Shown piece after piece: positions 55,259 to 64,000 of a stretch of 64,000 nt of DNA. The position numbers and the translations under genes were made by a program. The stretch is from an uncultured virus (IMG/VR IMGVR_UViG_3300047321_000100) (taxonomy: Duplodnaviria; Heunggongvirae; Uroviricota; Caudoviricetes): the IMG/VR virus record IMGVR_UViG_3300047321_000100, one strand, 5' to 3'. Every line of letters starts with the position of its first letter. Position 1 is the stretch's first letter. The notes below the pieces were generated by a model. It was given only the letters and a program-made list of their open reading frames with translations, searched no databases and was not told where the DNA came from.

Positions 55259-56251
55259 TTATCTCCGGCGACGCGCGCCAATCAGACCGTATGCCGACAT
55301 CGTCGATGTCCCGAACGCTGTGAAGGCGCTTAGATATACAGTCGTCGTCGAAGCGAGACTTAGCCGAGTCATAGTGATAGGCATAGCGGTGCCCTGACCG
55401 GTAGCAAGTGTGCCTGCCAGGTAATACCAGGGCAGGATGGAACCTGATCCAGTCGGCAAAGTCGCTGACGTGGTACTGATCCATCCCGAGACTACGGAAA
55501 CGGTGGTCGTTCCACCCGGAACAGTGATCACCTCGCCCCAGACATCCCAATCACCAGCGGTTAGTGAAATGCTGGCCACGTTTGTAGCGACGCCGGTAGT
55601 CAACGAAACAGGCGTGCTTGAATTGGTCGCGCAGCCGGCCGGAGATCCACCGTTCGTCACCTGCGCGCAGATGTACTCGCCGACAGCCCCGGCATTTGCA
55701 CTGTTGTTCGTCGTAGTTCCGACGATGCCGTTGGTCTGGGATGGAGTAAATGCGCCGGTCGATGTCAACGCCGCAGTCGTGACGGTGCCGGTAAAGGTCG
55801 GAGACGCTGCGGGGGCCGCGCCAAGACTCGTCAATGCCGCAGATGCACTCGTGGCGCCTGTTCCGCCTTGCGCTACAGACAGAGCCGTAGAGAGACCAGA
55901 GAGCGATGTGATATTGCTGTTCGCGCCAGATGTGGCGATCGCCGAATTGCAGCCGAAGCCGGAACCGTTGGTCCACTGCAACGCTTGAGCCGCGCCGTTG
56001 CAGCCGGTGACCGTAATCGCCGTGGGGCTCGCGCTGGACCCCGTTGCGTTGCCGACAACCGTATTAGCCGCCTGTGCAGCCAGGCTTGCCAGGCCTATCT
56101 TTCCCGTCGCGGTGAAAGTGCCGCTCACGGTCGCGTTGTTCAGCGTGGCTGTACCCTGTGATGTGACGTTGTTGAACGTCGGCGATGGGTAGCTCTGGCC
56201 GAACGCCAGCAGCGGCCACAGAATGGCCGCAATGATGATTCGTTTCAGCAT
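55259..56251 (-). CDS. Signal-peptide, T/S/G/A-rich fibre-like protein (homologue of 3563..4498)
   Basis: MLKRIIIAAILWPLLAFG leader; GIVGTTTNN, LTAGDWDV, ARRRR. Confidence 0.75.
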   Translation of the reverse strand: MLKRIIIAAILWPLLAFGQSYPSPTFNNVTSQGTATLNNATVSGTFTATGKIGLASLAAQAANTVVGNATGSSASPTAITVTGCNGAAQALQWTNGSGFGCNSAIATSGANSNITSLSGLSTALSVAQGGTGATSASAALTSLGAAPAASPTFTGTVTTAALTSTGAFTPSQTNGIVGTTTNNSANAGAVGEYICAQVTNGGSPAGCATNSSTPVSLTTGVATNVASISLTAGDWDVWGEVITVPGGTTTVSVVSGWISTTSATLPTGSGSILPWYYLAGTLATGQGTAMPITMTRLSLASTTTVYLSAFTAFGTSTMSAYGLIGARRRR

Positions 56252-56252
56252 G

Positions 56253-56591
56253 TCAGGATACCGAGAGAACTCCCCCGTTGTTCCAGAGCTGACCGGAACT
56301 TGCAGGGAGCGAGGTAGGAAGGTCGGCCGGCAGCGGATCGACGAGCAGTACATCGTTCATCGTCACTGTCTGGATGTTCGCGCCGCTGATAACAAGCTGA
56401 TACCGGCCGTCCGCGGCATAGAACGAGAAAGCTCCCGTCGTATCGGTCGTCAGCGGGTTCGCTGTCTGCGTCGCGCCGTTATCCGAATAGATCGTTGCGG
56501 CAAGCCCCGAGGCCTGCAAGTTGACCTGCACCGATGCACCCGCCACCGGCGCACCGGTTAGATCGGCCACCGCGTTGGCGTACTTTTGCAT
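56253..56591 (-). CDS. Small prealbumin-like/head-binding virion protein
   Basis: GAPVAGASV.V...ATIYSD...NPLTTD..G.F.FYA.DG.Y. Confidence 0.65.
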   Translation of the reverse strand: MQKYANAVADLTGAPVAGASVQVNLQASGLAATIYSDNGATQTANPLTTDTTGAFSFYAADGRYQLVISGANIQTVTMNDVLLVDPLPADLPTSLPASSGQLWNNGGVLSVS

Positions 56592-56593
56592 GG

Positions 56594-56875
56594 TCAGATC
56601 TTCCGGTTGGTAGTGCGAAAAGCCGAATATTCCGGGCCCTTCAGGATCTTCGAGACCATCGGCCAATGATCCGGGTCCATGTAGTCCCATCCATACTTGA
56701 TCTTGATGTCGAGCATGACCGACATCGGCACGCGCATAACGTGCTTGAATTCGCCCATCTTCTCGAACTCGCCTTCAGACGAGCGCTTCGCATGGGTGTA
56801 ATTCAGCAGCGATTCCACGTCCTCTGAATAGGCAACGTGAATCTTGCTGTCCTCTTCGTGGTAGGTCGTTTTCAT
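56594..56875 (-). CDS. Hypothetical head-module protein
   Basis: PEYSAFRT motif; position. Confidence 0.6.
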   Translation of the reverse strand: MKTTYHEEDSKIHVAYSEDVESLLNYTHAKRSSEGEFEKMGEFKHVMRVPMSVMLDIKIKYGWDYMDPDHWPMVSKILKGPEYSAFRTTNRKI

Positions 56876-56876
56876 G

Positions 56877-57182
56877 TCAGTGCGTGACTTCGATGATGTT
56901 GCATGTGCCGGTCGATGCGCCATCCTGAATCACCGCGATCTTTTCGCCGGGTGCGACCTTGAGCATGATCGGCGGATCGGATGCCTTGATGAGCATGTCG
57001 GTCGCCACAGCCACCGGAGCATTGCCAAGACGAAGATGGCAATTGCCAGTCGTGGACACATAGACAGCGAACGTCGCGCTTCCGAATGCAGTTGCCGTCG
57101 CAGCGGATGTTGCGCCAACAGTGATGTTCTGGCCGGTCCCGGAAATGGGACGGACGGGTGAGATTGGAACCCAATGCGCCAT
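56877..57182 (-). CDS. Putative decoration protein
   Basis: Beta-rich, directly after the capsid gene. Confidence 0.55.
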   Translation of the reverse strand: MAHWVPISPVRPISGTGQNITVGATSAATATAFGSATFAVYVSTTGNCHLRLGNAPVAVATDMLIKASDPPIMLKVAPGEKIAVIQDGASTGTCNIIEVTH

Positions 57183-57193
57183 TGCGAATCCCC

Positions 57194-57221
57194 AAAAAAG
57201 TGGGGCGACCGAAGCCGCCCC
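57194..57221 (-). terminator. Intrinsic terminator after the capsid gene
   Basis: ggggcggc-ttcg-gtcgcccc then T6. Confidence 0.75.
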
Positions 57222-57251
57222 CAAAGTCGCCGCGAGGAGATTAGTTGCCGA

Positions 57252-58232
57252 TCAGCCCGTCGTGTCGGTCACGAGGCCGTGAGCCTTCTCGTTGCCCACT
57301 TCCAGCGTGTAATCGACAAGCAGCATCTTCTTGTCGCTGTCGCCGGTCTTTGCAAGCGGCGTGGTCTGGAACGGGCGCAGATAGGCAACGCGCAGGTAGT
57401 TCGGGTTGATGAAGAAGCAGTCTTTCGACTGAGCCAGGAAGATGTCCGGGATGATCTTCACATCGCCGAAGTCCGACTGGTAGACATCGACCGCCGTCTT
57501 CAGCGTCTTGTCTTCCACTTCGATGAAACGCGTGCCCGGACCAGCGAAGCCCGAAATGATCTGCTTGTTGACCGGCGAGACGACCGCGTATTCCGGCGAT
57601 TCGCCCGATGCCGAGTAGATCTTTTGCAATACCGACTTGACCATCGTTTCGGTCAGAGCCGTGGTCGCGCTGTTGTACGTGCGCGTGCTCGAACCGTCAG
57701 TCCAGCCGTTGGCGTTGAGCGACGGGTTCGCACCAGCCGGCGTGCCGCCCGTCTGGAACACCGTGTTGGTGTACAGCCAGCACGGCAGGCCGCCCATCTT
57801 CGCGGCTACCGACGAACTGCCAGCCGCTTTCGCGCTGTTGTAGGTCAGAATGCCTTCGATGTCGCGCTTCAGCTCCTTCGACTTCTTCATGAGCTGGTAG
57901 CCCATCTTGTTCGTGCCACCCGCAGCCACGACGGCCTGCGACTTGCCCGACAACTGGACGACCTTGTTCGACGTTTGCACGTAGTTGCCCATGCGCGCGG
58001 TCGGCGAGAGAACCTGCGAGCTCGGATCGTCGCCTTCGACCTGTGCGTTCGACAGGTTTTGGGCCGCGAGCGAGTCGGTATCCCATTCGTGGTTGTTCTG
58101 CGTCGCCTTGTTCTTCTTCGTCATGTTCAGGATCGGCGTCTTGAACGGATCGACGTTGAAGATCAGGTTCGACAGATCTTCCCGGATGTTGGTCTGGGTG
58201 TACGTCTGGTAAGTATTCGACGGAACGGACAT
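57252..58232 (-). CDS. Major capsid protein (DUF5309/SU10-type)
   Basis: REDLSNLI..V.P..TP, HEWDTD, NY.Q, ELKRDIE, LAKTGD. Confidence 0.88.
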   Translation of the reverse strand: MSVPSNTYQTYTQTNIREDLSNLIFNVDPFKTPILNMTKKNKATQNNHEWDTDSLAAQNLSNAQVEGDDPSSQVLSPTARMGNYVQTSNKVVQLSGKSQAVVAAGGTNKMGYQLMKKSKELKRDIEGILTYNSAKAAGSSSVAAKMGGLPCWLYTNTVFQTGGTPAGANPSLNANGWTDGSSTRTYNSATTALTETMVKSVLQKIYSASGESPEYAVVSPVNKQIISGFAGPGTRFIEVEDKTLKTAVDVYQSDFGDVKIIPDIFLAQSKDCFFINPNYLRVAYLRPFQTTPLAKTGDSDKKMLLVDYTLEVGNEKAHGLVTDTTG

Positions 58233-58244
58233 GTCAAACTCCTT

Positions 58245-59297
58245 TTACTGGTTCGCGAAAAACTCGAACGCGTCTGCTTGCGCGTCCTGGTCGCGTGGAT
58301 TCCGGCCTAGGCGATCCATCACTTGTTGACGTTTCGCCGCACTTGGATTGCTATCGACCCGAGATCCCGGTTTCGCCATCGGAGGCGCTTGCCGGACCTG
58401 CTTCAGAGCCTGGGGTGTGGCCGCTTGGAGTGCCCGATACCGCGCCGCGTCATCCAGCACAAGCATGATGCGGTGGTCGAATATCTGGCTAAGCTCGGCG
58501 TCCTGAAACCCCACGCTGCGGGCGTACTGAGCAATCTGATCTCTTGCTTTCGAAAAGGCTTGCGGGTCGCGCCATTCACTGCGCGCGCTCAATAACTTGT
58601 CGTTTTCCTGCGCGAGCGCCTGCTGACGCGCCTGCTGCTGCTGAATCGTTTCCTGCTGCTTGGCCTGATCGACCTGTTGCAGGAAGCCCTGAATCTGTTG
58701 CTGACGCTGGCCGAACTCGGTCTGCAATGCAGCGAACTCTGCCGGGTTATTCACGCGCAGACTGTTCCAGTCGATATTCTGGTAGTCGTGGTTCAGCATC
58801 TGCAAGGCGAGATTGCCCATCGCCTGATGCTGATGAAGCGCCTGCTGCGTGGCCTGCTGCCACTGCTGGCGCTCCTGTTCGAGCGCGGCCTTCTGGTTGC
58901 TGACCTCGATCGACTTGTTGTTGACGTGGCCTTCCAACTGATACGACTTCAGCACGTCGGCCAGCGGCACCTGCATTTCCTTGCCGTCGATCTTGGCCGT
59001 GACGTGCAGGCCCATGACCGATTCGGGATCGATCTTGTGCGCGGCCAGCATCTCATTGAGCGACGAGTATTGAGGCGCTTCCTCGACCTCCTGTGCGGCT
59101 TCCGGCTTCTCTGCGCCCTGTTCCTCGGCTTGCGCCTCGCGAACCTCTTGCGCGTCGTTCTGCTGCGTCTGTGCGGCTTCTTCTTCGCGCGGGCGTTCAG
59201 CAGCTTCGGAGGCGTCCCAGAAGTTCTGGAATGCAGTCTCGATGCTAGGTGCCGCGGCGCCCTCAGTACTCGGGGTAGTCGCTACTACGTCGCTCAT
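58245..59297 (-). CDS. Scaffolding protein
   Basis: KIDGKE..V...L.SY, Q-rich coiled coil, DHR, KPG. Confidence 0.8.
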   Translation of the reverse strand: MSDVVATTPSTEGAAAPSIETAFQNFWDASEAAERPREEEAAQTQQNDAQEVREAQAEEQGAEKPEAAQEVEEAPQYSSLNEMLAAHKIDPESVMGLHVTAKIDGKEMQVPLADVLKSYQLEGHVNNKSIEVSNQKAALEQERQQWQQATQQALHQHQAMGNLALQMLNHDYQNIDWNSLRVNNPAEFAALQTEFGQRQQQIQGFLQQVDQAKQQETIQQQQARQQALAQENDKLLSARSEWRDPQAFSKARDQIAQYARSVGFQDAELSQIFDHRIMLVLDDAARYRALQAATPQALKQVRQAPPMAKPGSRVDSNPSAAKRQQVMDRLGRNPRDQDAQADAFEFFANQ

Positions 59298-59312
59298 TTC
59301 TTGGCCTCAAAT

Positions 59313-59337
59313 AAAAAAGGCCCGCCGAAGCGAGCCT
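59313..59337 (-). terminator. Intrinsic terminator between the portal block and the scaffold gene
   Basis: aggctcgc-ttcg-gcgggcct then T run. Confidence 0.75.
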
Positions 59338-59478
59338 GTTGTCGAAAGTTTGTCGGTTATCAGAAAAGTCTGATGACTTCTATTTCCATTCGGATCAGCA
59401 TCGCGCCACCACAAAGACACACGGCAGCATAGGCGGCATGTACCGCGATCATTGCGCGTCGGTAAGTAAGATCAGTCA

Positions 59479-59760
59479 TCAGCCGAACATCTTGAAGCGC
59501 GACTTGCGCTCCTCGTCCTGCTTGATCTGGAATTGCGCGATTTCGCCCGTCTGCTTGACCTGATCCAGGTAGCTTTCGAGCGTGCTCCAGCACTGCAACA
59601 GCATGATCAGCCGCGAGTGCATGGTCTGGTCGGACATCGGAACGGCCTTCATCTGGCGCTGGATGCCCTCCAGAACTGCCTGCTTCGCCTCGACGAATAT
59701 CTTTGAGTCGAGCACCTGCGCAGCGTCGCCGCCGCGGGTGATTTCTTCGTCAGAACCCAC
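59479..59760 (-). CDS. Hypothetical protein after the portal
   Basis: Overlaps the portal stop. Confidence 0.65.
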   Translation of the reverse strand: MGSDEEITRGGDAAQVLDSKIFVEAKQAVLEGIQRQMKAVPMSDQTMHSRLIMLLQCWSTLESYLDQVKQTGEIAQFQIKQDEERKSRFKMFG

Positions 59761-61897
59761 GCTGCACCTCGCTCATATCCTGATTGATCATCTGGCCGGC
59801 GTCGGCCGCGGCGTTCTGCTTCAACTGGCTCGCCACGATCTGGCCGATGACCTTCACCAGCGTCTGCCATTCCTGCGACTGGATCTGTTGCTGCTGGAGT
59901 TCCTGCTCGCCAGCCGACTGTTGCGCGCCGTGAGCGAGTTCCGCTTGCGCCTGCTGCAATTCGCTGTTCGCCTTGACCTGCTCTGTCTGAAGGCGAGTGT
60001 TTGCAATAGCCTGATCCGAACCTGCCTTGATCTGCGCGGCCTGTACGTGCGGATCTTGCGGCTGATGCGCTTTCGCAGCCATCGCCTGCTTGTACTCGTC
60101 CGAGTCAGGGTCCATGGCGTACTGCGTCGGGTTTTCTTCGCCGAGCAGGTGCGCCATCTTCCTGAACGTCTCGTAAGCCTGCTTCGGGCCGACCAGACCG
60201 AACGCGGCCAGTTCCTTTTGCGCCTGACCGAGCATCATCACGTTCGCGCGCGCTTCCTCGCGATTGCCCGAGCCGAGACCCACGTTCACGCTGACCTGTG
60301 TACGTTCGCGCCAGTCGCCGGGATTCACGTCTACCCAACGATTCGTCAGCCGCAGCGTCATCGGCTTGTCCTGATGGCGCATGAGCAGCTTGTGGATCTT
60401 CGTGAATACCTCTTTGACGCCCTCGGCAAGCAGCCGCGCCACGAGTTCGACCTTCATCGCAGCCGCCGACATCGCCGCAAGCTGGCCGCCCTTCGTCACG
60501 TCCTGCAATGCATCAGCATCGACGCCCATCGTGTCCTTGCCGATGCCGGTGCGCATTTCGCGCTGCAAGTCGCAGTATTCGAGCGCCGGCAGGATCTGCT
60601 GCATGAGGTTCGACGGCTGCTGGAAAGGCACGATGTTGTCTGCAACCGGACCATCCACGCGGATAATCCCACCCGGCCGCGACGTGAGTAGATCCTGCAC
60701 GTTCACATTGCGCCAGTTCACCGCAGTGCGCTGGTTATTGCTGATGTAGATGTTGTCCAGCGCCTGGCGGAACAGCGTCGTCTTGATGACCTGCAAGTCA
60801 TACAGCAGATCGTAGTAGCTGATCCCGACGTGGCGATGCGGCATGCGCACCGGCGAGCAATACGAATAGCTGACTTCCTCGACCTCGTCGTTGTCGAGAA
60901 CCTTGTCGCCGCCCACCATCACGCGCCGCAACTCAGCGATCCCGTCGCCGTCGTAGTCCACACGGATAAACACCGTGCGCAGCGTCACAAGCTGGCTCGC
61001 CGGGTCTGTCGGTTCTTCCTCGCTCAACTGGTCCGTGACCTCGTTGCGCGCGAGTTCGATCAGGTCGAGCCACGACGGCTGAGCCTTGGTGATCGAATCG
61101 ACCATATCGGCCGGGAATCCCATTTCGCGCAGTTCGGAGCGCGGCACCTTGCGTTCGTGCTCGGAGAATGGCGAATCGTCCAGACCATGCCGCGCCTGCG
61201 GAGAAATACGCATTTCTTCGGGCGGCACGCATTCGACGCAGATGCGGCCGACGTTGCGCGTGCGGCGAAGCTTGATGTCGAACGCCGGCTGCGGCTGCGG
61301 TCCTTGCGGGCCAACGATGAGGATGGTTTTTTCTTCCTGCTCCAGAATCTCGATCTCATCCTCGGTCTGCAGCAGTTCCGTGACCTCGATTTCCGTCAGG
61401 CCGGTGTAACTCTCGACCGACGACTTGCGCTCCTTCAGCCAGTACGTGTTGATGTACCCGTTGCGCAGCAGCAGCGCGTCCTTGAAGAAGTCGTGCAGGA
61501 TGAAGAAGCCGGGATTCTGCTTCATGAACACGTGGTTCACGACTTCCGTCTCGATCTCGGCCTGCGCGTCGTCGCCCTCTGACTCGGGATCGAACTGAAC
61601 AGGCTTGCCGTTGCCGACAAACATGCGCATGAGCGTCGGCATAATCCATTCGACCGTATCGCGCAGCTCAGGCAGCACGATCTGCGACCTGTCCTCGACC
61701 TCGTTACCGATCGGACGCGCGAAATAGGCGTTCAGCGCGTTGTAGCGGTCGATTTCGAGCGTCGTCATCTGCTGGCCGGCCGGCTTGATGCTGCCGCCCA
61801 CAGACGGGCCGGTCGAGACGTTCGAGCCGAGCGACGATTTTTCGTACTGGCCGATTAAAGCCAGCAGTTCTTCGTCGTTCATGCGCTGCTTAGCCAT
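59750..61897 (-). CDS. Portal protein
   Basis: RSQIV..E.RDTVEWIMP.LMR.F, KDALL...G, VELVAR..AE.V, VNVGLG. Confidence 0.9.
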   Translation of the reverse strand: MAKQRMNDEELLALIGQYEKSSLGSNVSTGPSVGGSIKPAGQQMTTLEIDRYNALNAYFARPIGNEVEDRSQIVLPELRDTVEWIMPTLMRMFVGNGKPVQFDPESEGDDAQAEIETEVVNHVFMKQNPGFFILHDFFKDALLLRNGYINTYWLKERKSSVESYTGLTEIEVTELLQTEDEIEILEQEEKTILIVGPQGPQPQPAFDIKLRRTRNVGRICVECVPPEEMRISPQARHGLDDSPFSEHERKVPRSELREMGFPADMVDSITKAQPSWLDLIELARNEVTDQLSEEEPTDPASQLVTLRTVFIRVDYDGDGIAELRRVMVGGDKVLDNDEVEEVSYSYCSPVRMPHRHVGISYYDLLYDLQVIKTTLFRQALDNIYISNNQRTAVNWRNVNVQDLLTSRPGGIIRVDGPVADNIVPFQQPSNLMQQILPALEYCDLQREMRTGIGKDTMGVDADALQDVTKGGQLAAMSAAAMKVELVARLLAEGVKEVFTKIHKLLMRHQDKPMTLRLTNRWVDVNPGDWRERTQVSVNVGLGSGNREEARANVMMLGQAQKELAAFGLVGPKQAYETFRKMAHLLGEENPTQYAMDPDSDEYKQAMAAKAHQPQDPHVQAAQIKAGSDQAIANTRLQTEQVKANSELQQAQAELAHGAQQSAGEQELQQQQIQSQEWQTLVKVIGQIVASQLKQNAAADAGQMINQDMSEVQRGF

Positions 61898-62084
61898 TGC
61901 TGTCCTTGGGTTTCGGGCCGGGCTTGCCGCGCTGTTCCAGAGCGGTCAAGCGGCGCACAATGTCCAGCTTGTCGAGCGGCAAAGGATCACCAGAACGCAG
62001 AATCGAAAGCTTCTCGATCTGACGCTTCAGTTCCCCCACTTGATTCTCAAGGTCCGCGACTTTCGCTTCCAAAGCGATGCTCAT
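61890..62084 (-). CDS. Small coiled-coil protein
   Basis: Between terL and portal; KPGPKPK tail. Confidence 0.55.
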   Translation of the reverse strand: MSIALEAKVADLENQVGELKRQIEKLSILRSGDPLPLDKLDIVRRLTALEQRGKPGPKPKDSNG

Positions 62085-62130
62085 CAGGAATTTCCTTTCT
62101 TGTGGCTCGGCAGCACGCGGAATAATCCGC

Positions 62131-63438
62131 TCAAATCACGCCCAGCTTCGGATAAACGAGCGGCTTCATTTCCACCGGCTCTGACCAGATCACCATGCCA
62201 AGCCCGAACGCATCGCTTCCGTGGCTCGACCAGTCATGCTCAGGGCCAAGCCCGATGCCGCGTTCCTGGTCGCGCTTTTCGTGATACCAGCCGAGCGCTG
62301 CACGTCCCGCTTCGGTCGTCATTTCGTTGAACCTGACCTGCGGGAACAGCACGCGAGCCCGCTCAATACGCGCCATCGCAGCGCCTTTGCCCTGATTCGG
62401 GACGACTGTCACCGAATAGCCGGCCTTCTTCAGCGCCGACTCATACGACACGTCATAAACCTTGTCCTGCGTCGATCCATCGTGCGGAAGCCAGAACTGC
62501 GCTCTATCGGGCGTGTAGCCTTGAGCACGGCACCAGGCAATGTGCGCATCAACAGGCTGCCCAACGGCTTCGTAGTAGTTCACAACGCGTATCTCGCGGC
62601 CGATGAACTGCATAGCCCAGATCGAGAACGCATCAGCACGCGCGCCAGTTCCGCCGATGTCGCATATCAGGCGGATCGTCATCAGCGGATCGGCCGGGAA
62701 GAAGCCGATGCGGCCTTCCTCTTTCGCCTTCTGCAAGTGCCTGGCGAAGTACGCGCCCTCAAGCGCCGTCACGTAGCCGCCTTCCCAGATGTGGTCGTAC
62801 TGCTCGGGCCGTTCTTCCAAGTCGCGCTGTCTGTCGCGCTCCAGCTTGGCCGGAAACTTCGGGTTGTCGCGCCAGTTCAGTTCCACGCCCTTAATGCGGG
62901 CATCCGAACTTCCGCGGAATCGCTTCTCGACCGGCGCTGCCTTGCGCTTCGGGTTCCACGTTACCCACAACTCAGCGTTCCAGCCTTCGCCTTCCTCACG
63001 CAGCGTAGGAATCAGCGTCGTCCACGCTTCGTCTGTCACCGGCTCGGCTTCGTCCACCCAGCACACGAGAATCCGGCCTTTCGACTTGATGCTCGCAATG
63101 TTCCGGTCCAGCCCGGCGAACACAAACGAGATTCGACCGTCGCGCGACTTGATGTAGTTGTCGCCGATGTCGTAATAAGACTTCAGGAACGGTTCATCTT
63201 CGATTGCCCGCTTGCACTCTTCCAGCGAGGAATCCAAAAGCGAGTTCATGAACTGCCGGGCGCACAGCAGAATCCCGCTGATGCCCGACATACCGAAGAT
63301 GTAGCCCTTTACCGCAACCATCTTGGCGAAGCTGCGCGTCTTGCCACTGCCGCGGCCACCGTGGGCGTACCGAACGTCTGCCTCGCCGGTGAAGATCGGC
63401 CGCAGCTTACTCGGCAGCTTGACCTGAGCCGTCGTCAT
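62131..63438 (-). CDS. terL: Terminase large subunit (PBSX-type)
   Basis: HGGRGSGKT, WVDEAE, CDIG, LPHDG, SHGSDAF. Confidence 0.93.
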   Translation of the reverse strand: MTTAQVKLPSKLRPIFTGEADVRYAHGGRGSGKTRSFAKMVAVKGYIFGMSGISGILLCARQFMNSLLDSSLEECKRAIEDEPFLKSYYDIGDNYIKSRDGRISFVFAGLDRNIASIKSKGRILVCWVDEAEPVTDEAWTTLIPTLREEGEGWNAELWVTWNPKRKAAPVEKRFRGSSDARIKGVELNWRDNPKFPAKLERDRQRDLEERPEQYDHIWEGGYVTALEGAYFARHLQKAKEEGRIGFFPADPLMTIRLICDIGGTGARADAFSIWAMQFIGREIRVVNYYEAVGQPVDAHIAWCRAQGYTPDRAQFWLPHDGSTQDKVYDVSYESALKKAGYSVTVVPNQGKGAAMARIERARVLFPQVRFNEMTTEAGRAALGWYHEKRDQERGIGLGPEHDWSSHGSDAFGLGMVIWSEPVEMKPLVYPKLGVI

Positions 63439-63721
63439 CAAGGTCAACCAGTTCGATGCGTGTCACGAGCGGCCCACCGTCCGCACCTGTGATTTCGGCT
63501 TGGACGCTAGACAGCTTTGCATGTATGTAAGGCGCCGCATCGCGAGCGAATGAAGCCGCGGTCTTGAGATCGCCAGCGTCGCGCGCGGAATTCATCGCCT
63601 CTAGCATCACCTCGAGCGGCGTAATCCCGCCTTGCAAAGCCTTTTCCGCAACCTCTCGCGTCTTCTGCGTCACAGCGCCCGGCTTCCTGCCGGCGCCTTC
63701 TCTTTTCCCGCCTCGGGTCAT
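63407..63721 (-). CDS. terS: Terminase small subunit
   Basis: GGKREGAGRKPG, TPLEVML, AAPYIHAKL; overlaps terL. Confidence 0.8.
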   Translation of the reverse strand: MTRGGKREGAGRKPGAVTQKTREVAEKALQGGITPLEVMLEAMNSARDAGDLKTAASFARDAAPYIHAKLSSVQAEITGADGGPLVTRIELVDLDDDGSGQAAE

Positions 63722-63743
63722 TTTGATTTCCTTTGATTAAGTT

Positions 63744-63929
63744 CTAGGAAATCAAAAGCTCGACGCCATGCCGACGCACAGCTTTCTTAACCGCTTCCGC
63801 CCCGCAATCACTGACGAGCCCGCGAATCGTATGAAGCAGCAAATGCGTGACATCGCGCTCAAGTACAAACAGATTCCCGAACTTGTTGTATTCCCTCAGC
63901 GCTCGAGACAGCGCCGGCGAAATCTTCAA
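63744..63929 (-). CDS. Hypothetical protein (start uncertain)
   Basis: ORF upstream of terS. Confidence 0.35.
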   Translation of the reverse strand: MKISPALSRALREYNKFGNLFVLERDVTHLLLHTIRGLVSDCGAEAVKKAVRRHGVELLIS

Positions 63930-64000
63930 GAGACTGCTGAGCGACCAAGAAGTCTTCTTCTGGCGAATTGCTCGGGGAATCCAAACGCCGCCCGGCGCAA

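Larger units (their letters stand above)
39958..64000. mobile_element. Phage 2: second temperate podovirus (integration, lysis, tail, head, packaging); continues past the window
   Basis: Independent, divergent set of int, lysis, portal, capsid and terminase genes. Confidence 0.85.

Noticed and set aside
62221..63492. 423-aa ORF antisense to terL (likewise 57174..58310 and 59582..60691)
   Set aside because: Shadow ORFs opposite well-supported genes
1..64000. CRISPR array, tRNA/rRNA, reverse transcriptase/DGR, IS elements
   Set aside because: No repeat-spacer array, cloverleaf, RT motif or transposase recognised by eye; no covariance search was run

Overview
No host housekeeping gene is recognisable in this 64 kb. 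The window is temperate podovirus DNA with a P22/Sf6-like plan; a GC-rich betaproteobacterial host such as Burkholderiaceae is my inference. It holds two different phage genomes end to end. Phage 1 is a complete ~39.5-kb unit bounded by an exact 96-bp direct repeat (494-589 / 39958-40053). Left to right it has xis, int, an attP-like site, an O-acetyltransferase, lysis, tail, coat, terminase/portal, ejection genes, terS, replication, cro/cI and an ERF/exo early-left arm. Phage 2 (39958 to beyond the window end, possibly also 1-493) has a different xis/int and attP-like site, an unusual 7-gene lysis cassette ending in a lipoprotein and a class-3 lipase, then tail, ejection, head and terminase genes. 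Both att regions have arm-type repeats on both sides of a core, so they look like intact attP. This points to a figure-eight co-integrate of two phage circles, or an assembly join through the repeat. The main points of interest are: the lipoprotein+lipase lysis module with no recognisable Rz/Rz1; a signal-peptide fibre-like protein shared by both phages; a permuted late-gene order with an antisense RHH/2OG-Fe(II) hydroxylase insert; an ejection protein with an S74 autocleavage domain; and mosaic early genes with conserved linkers. All product calls come from motif recognition and synteny; no database search was run.
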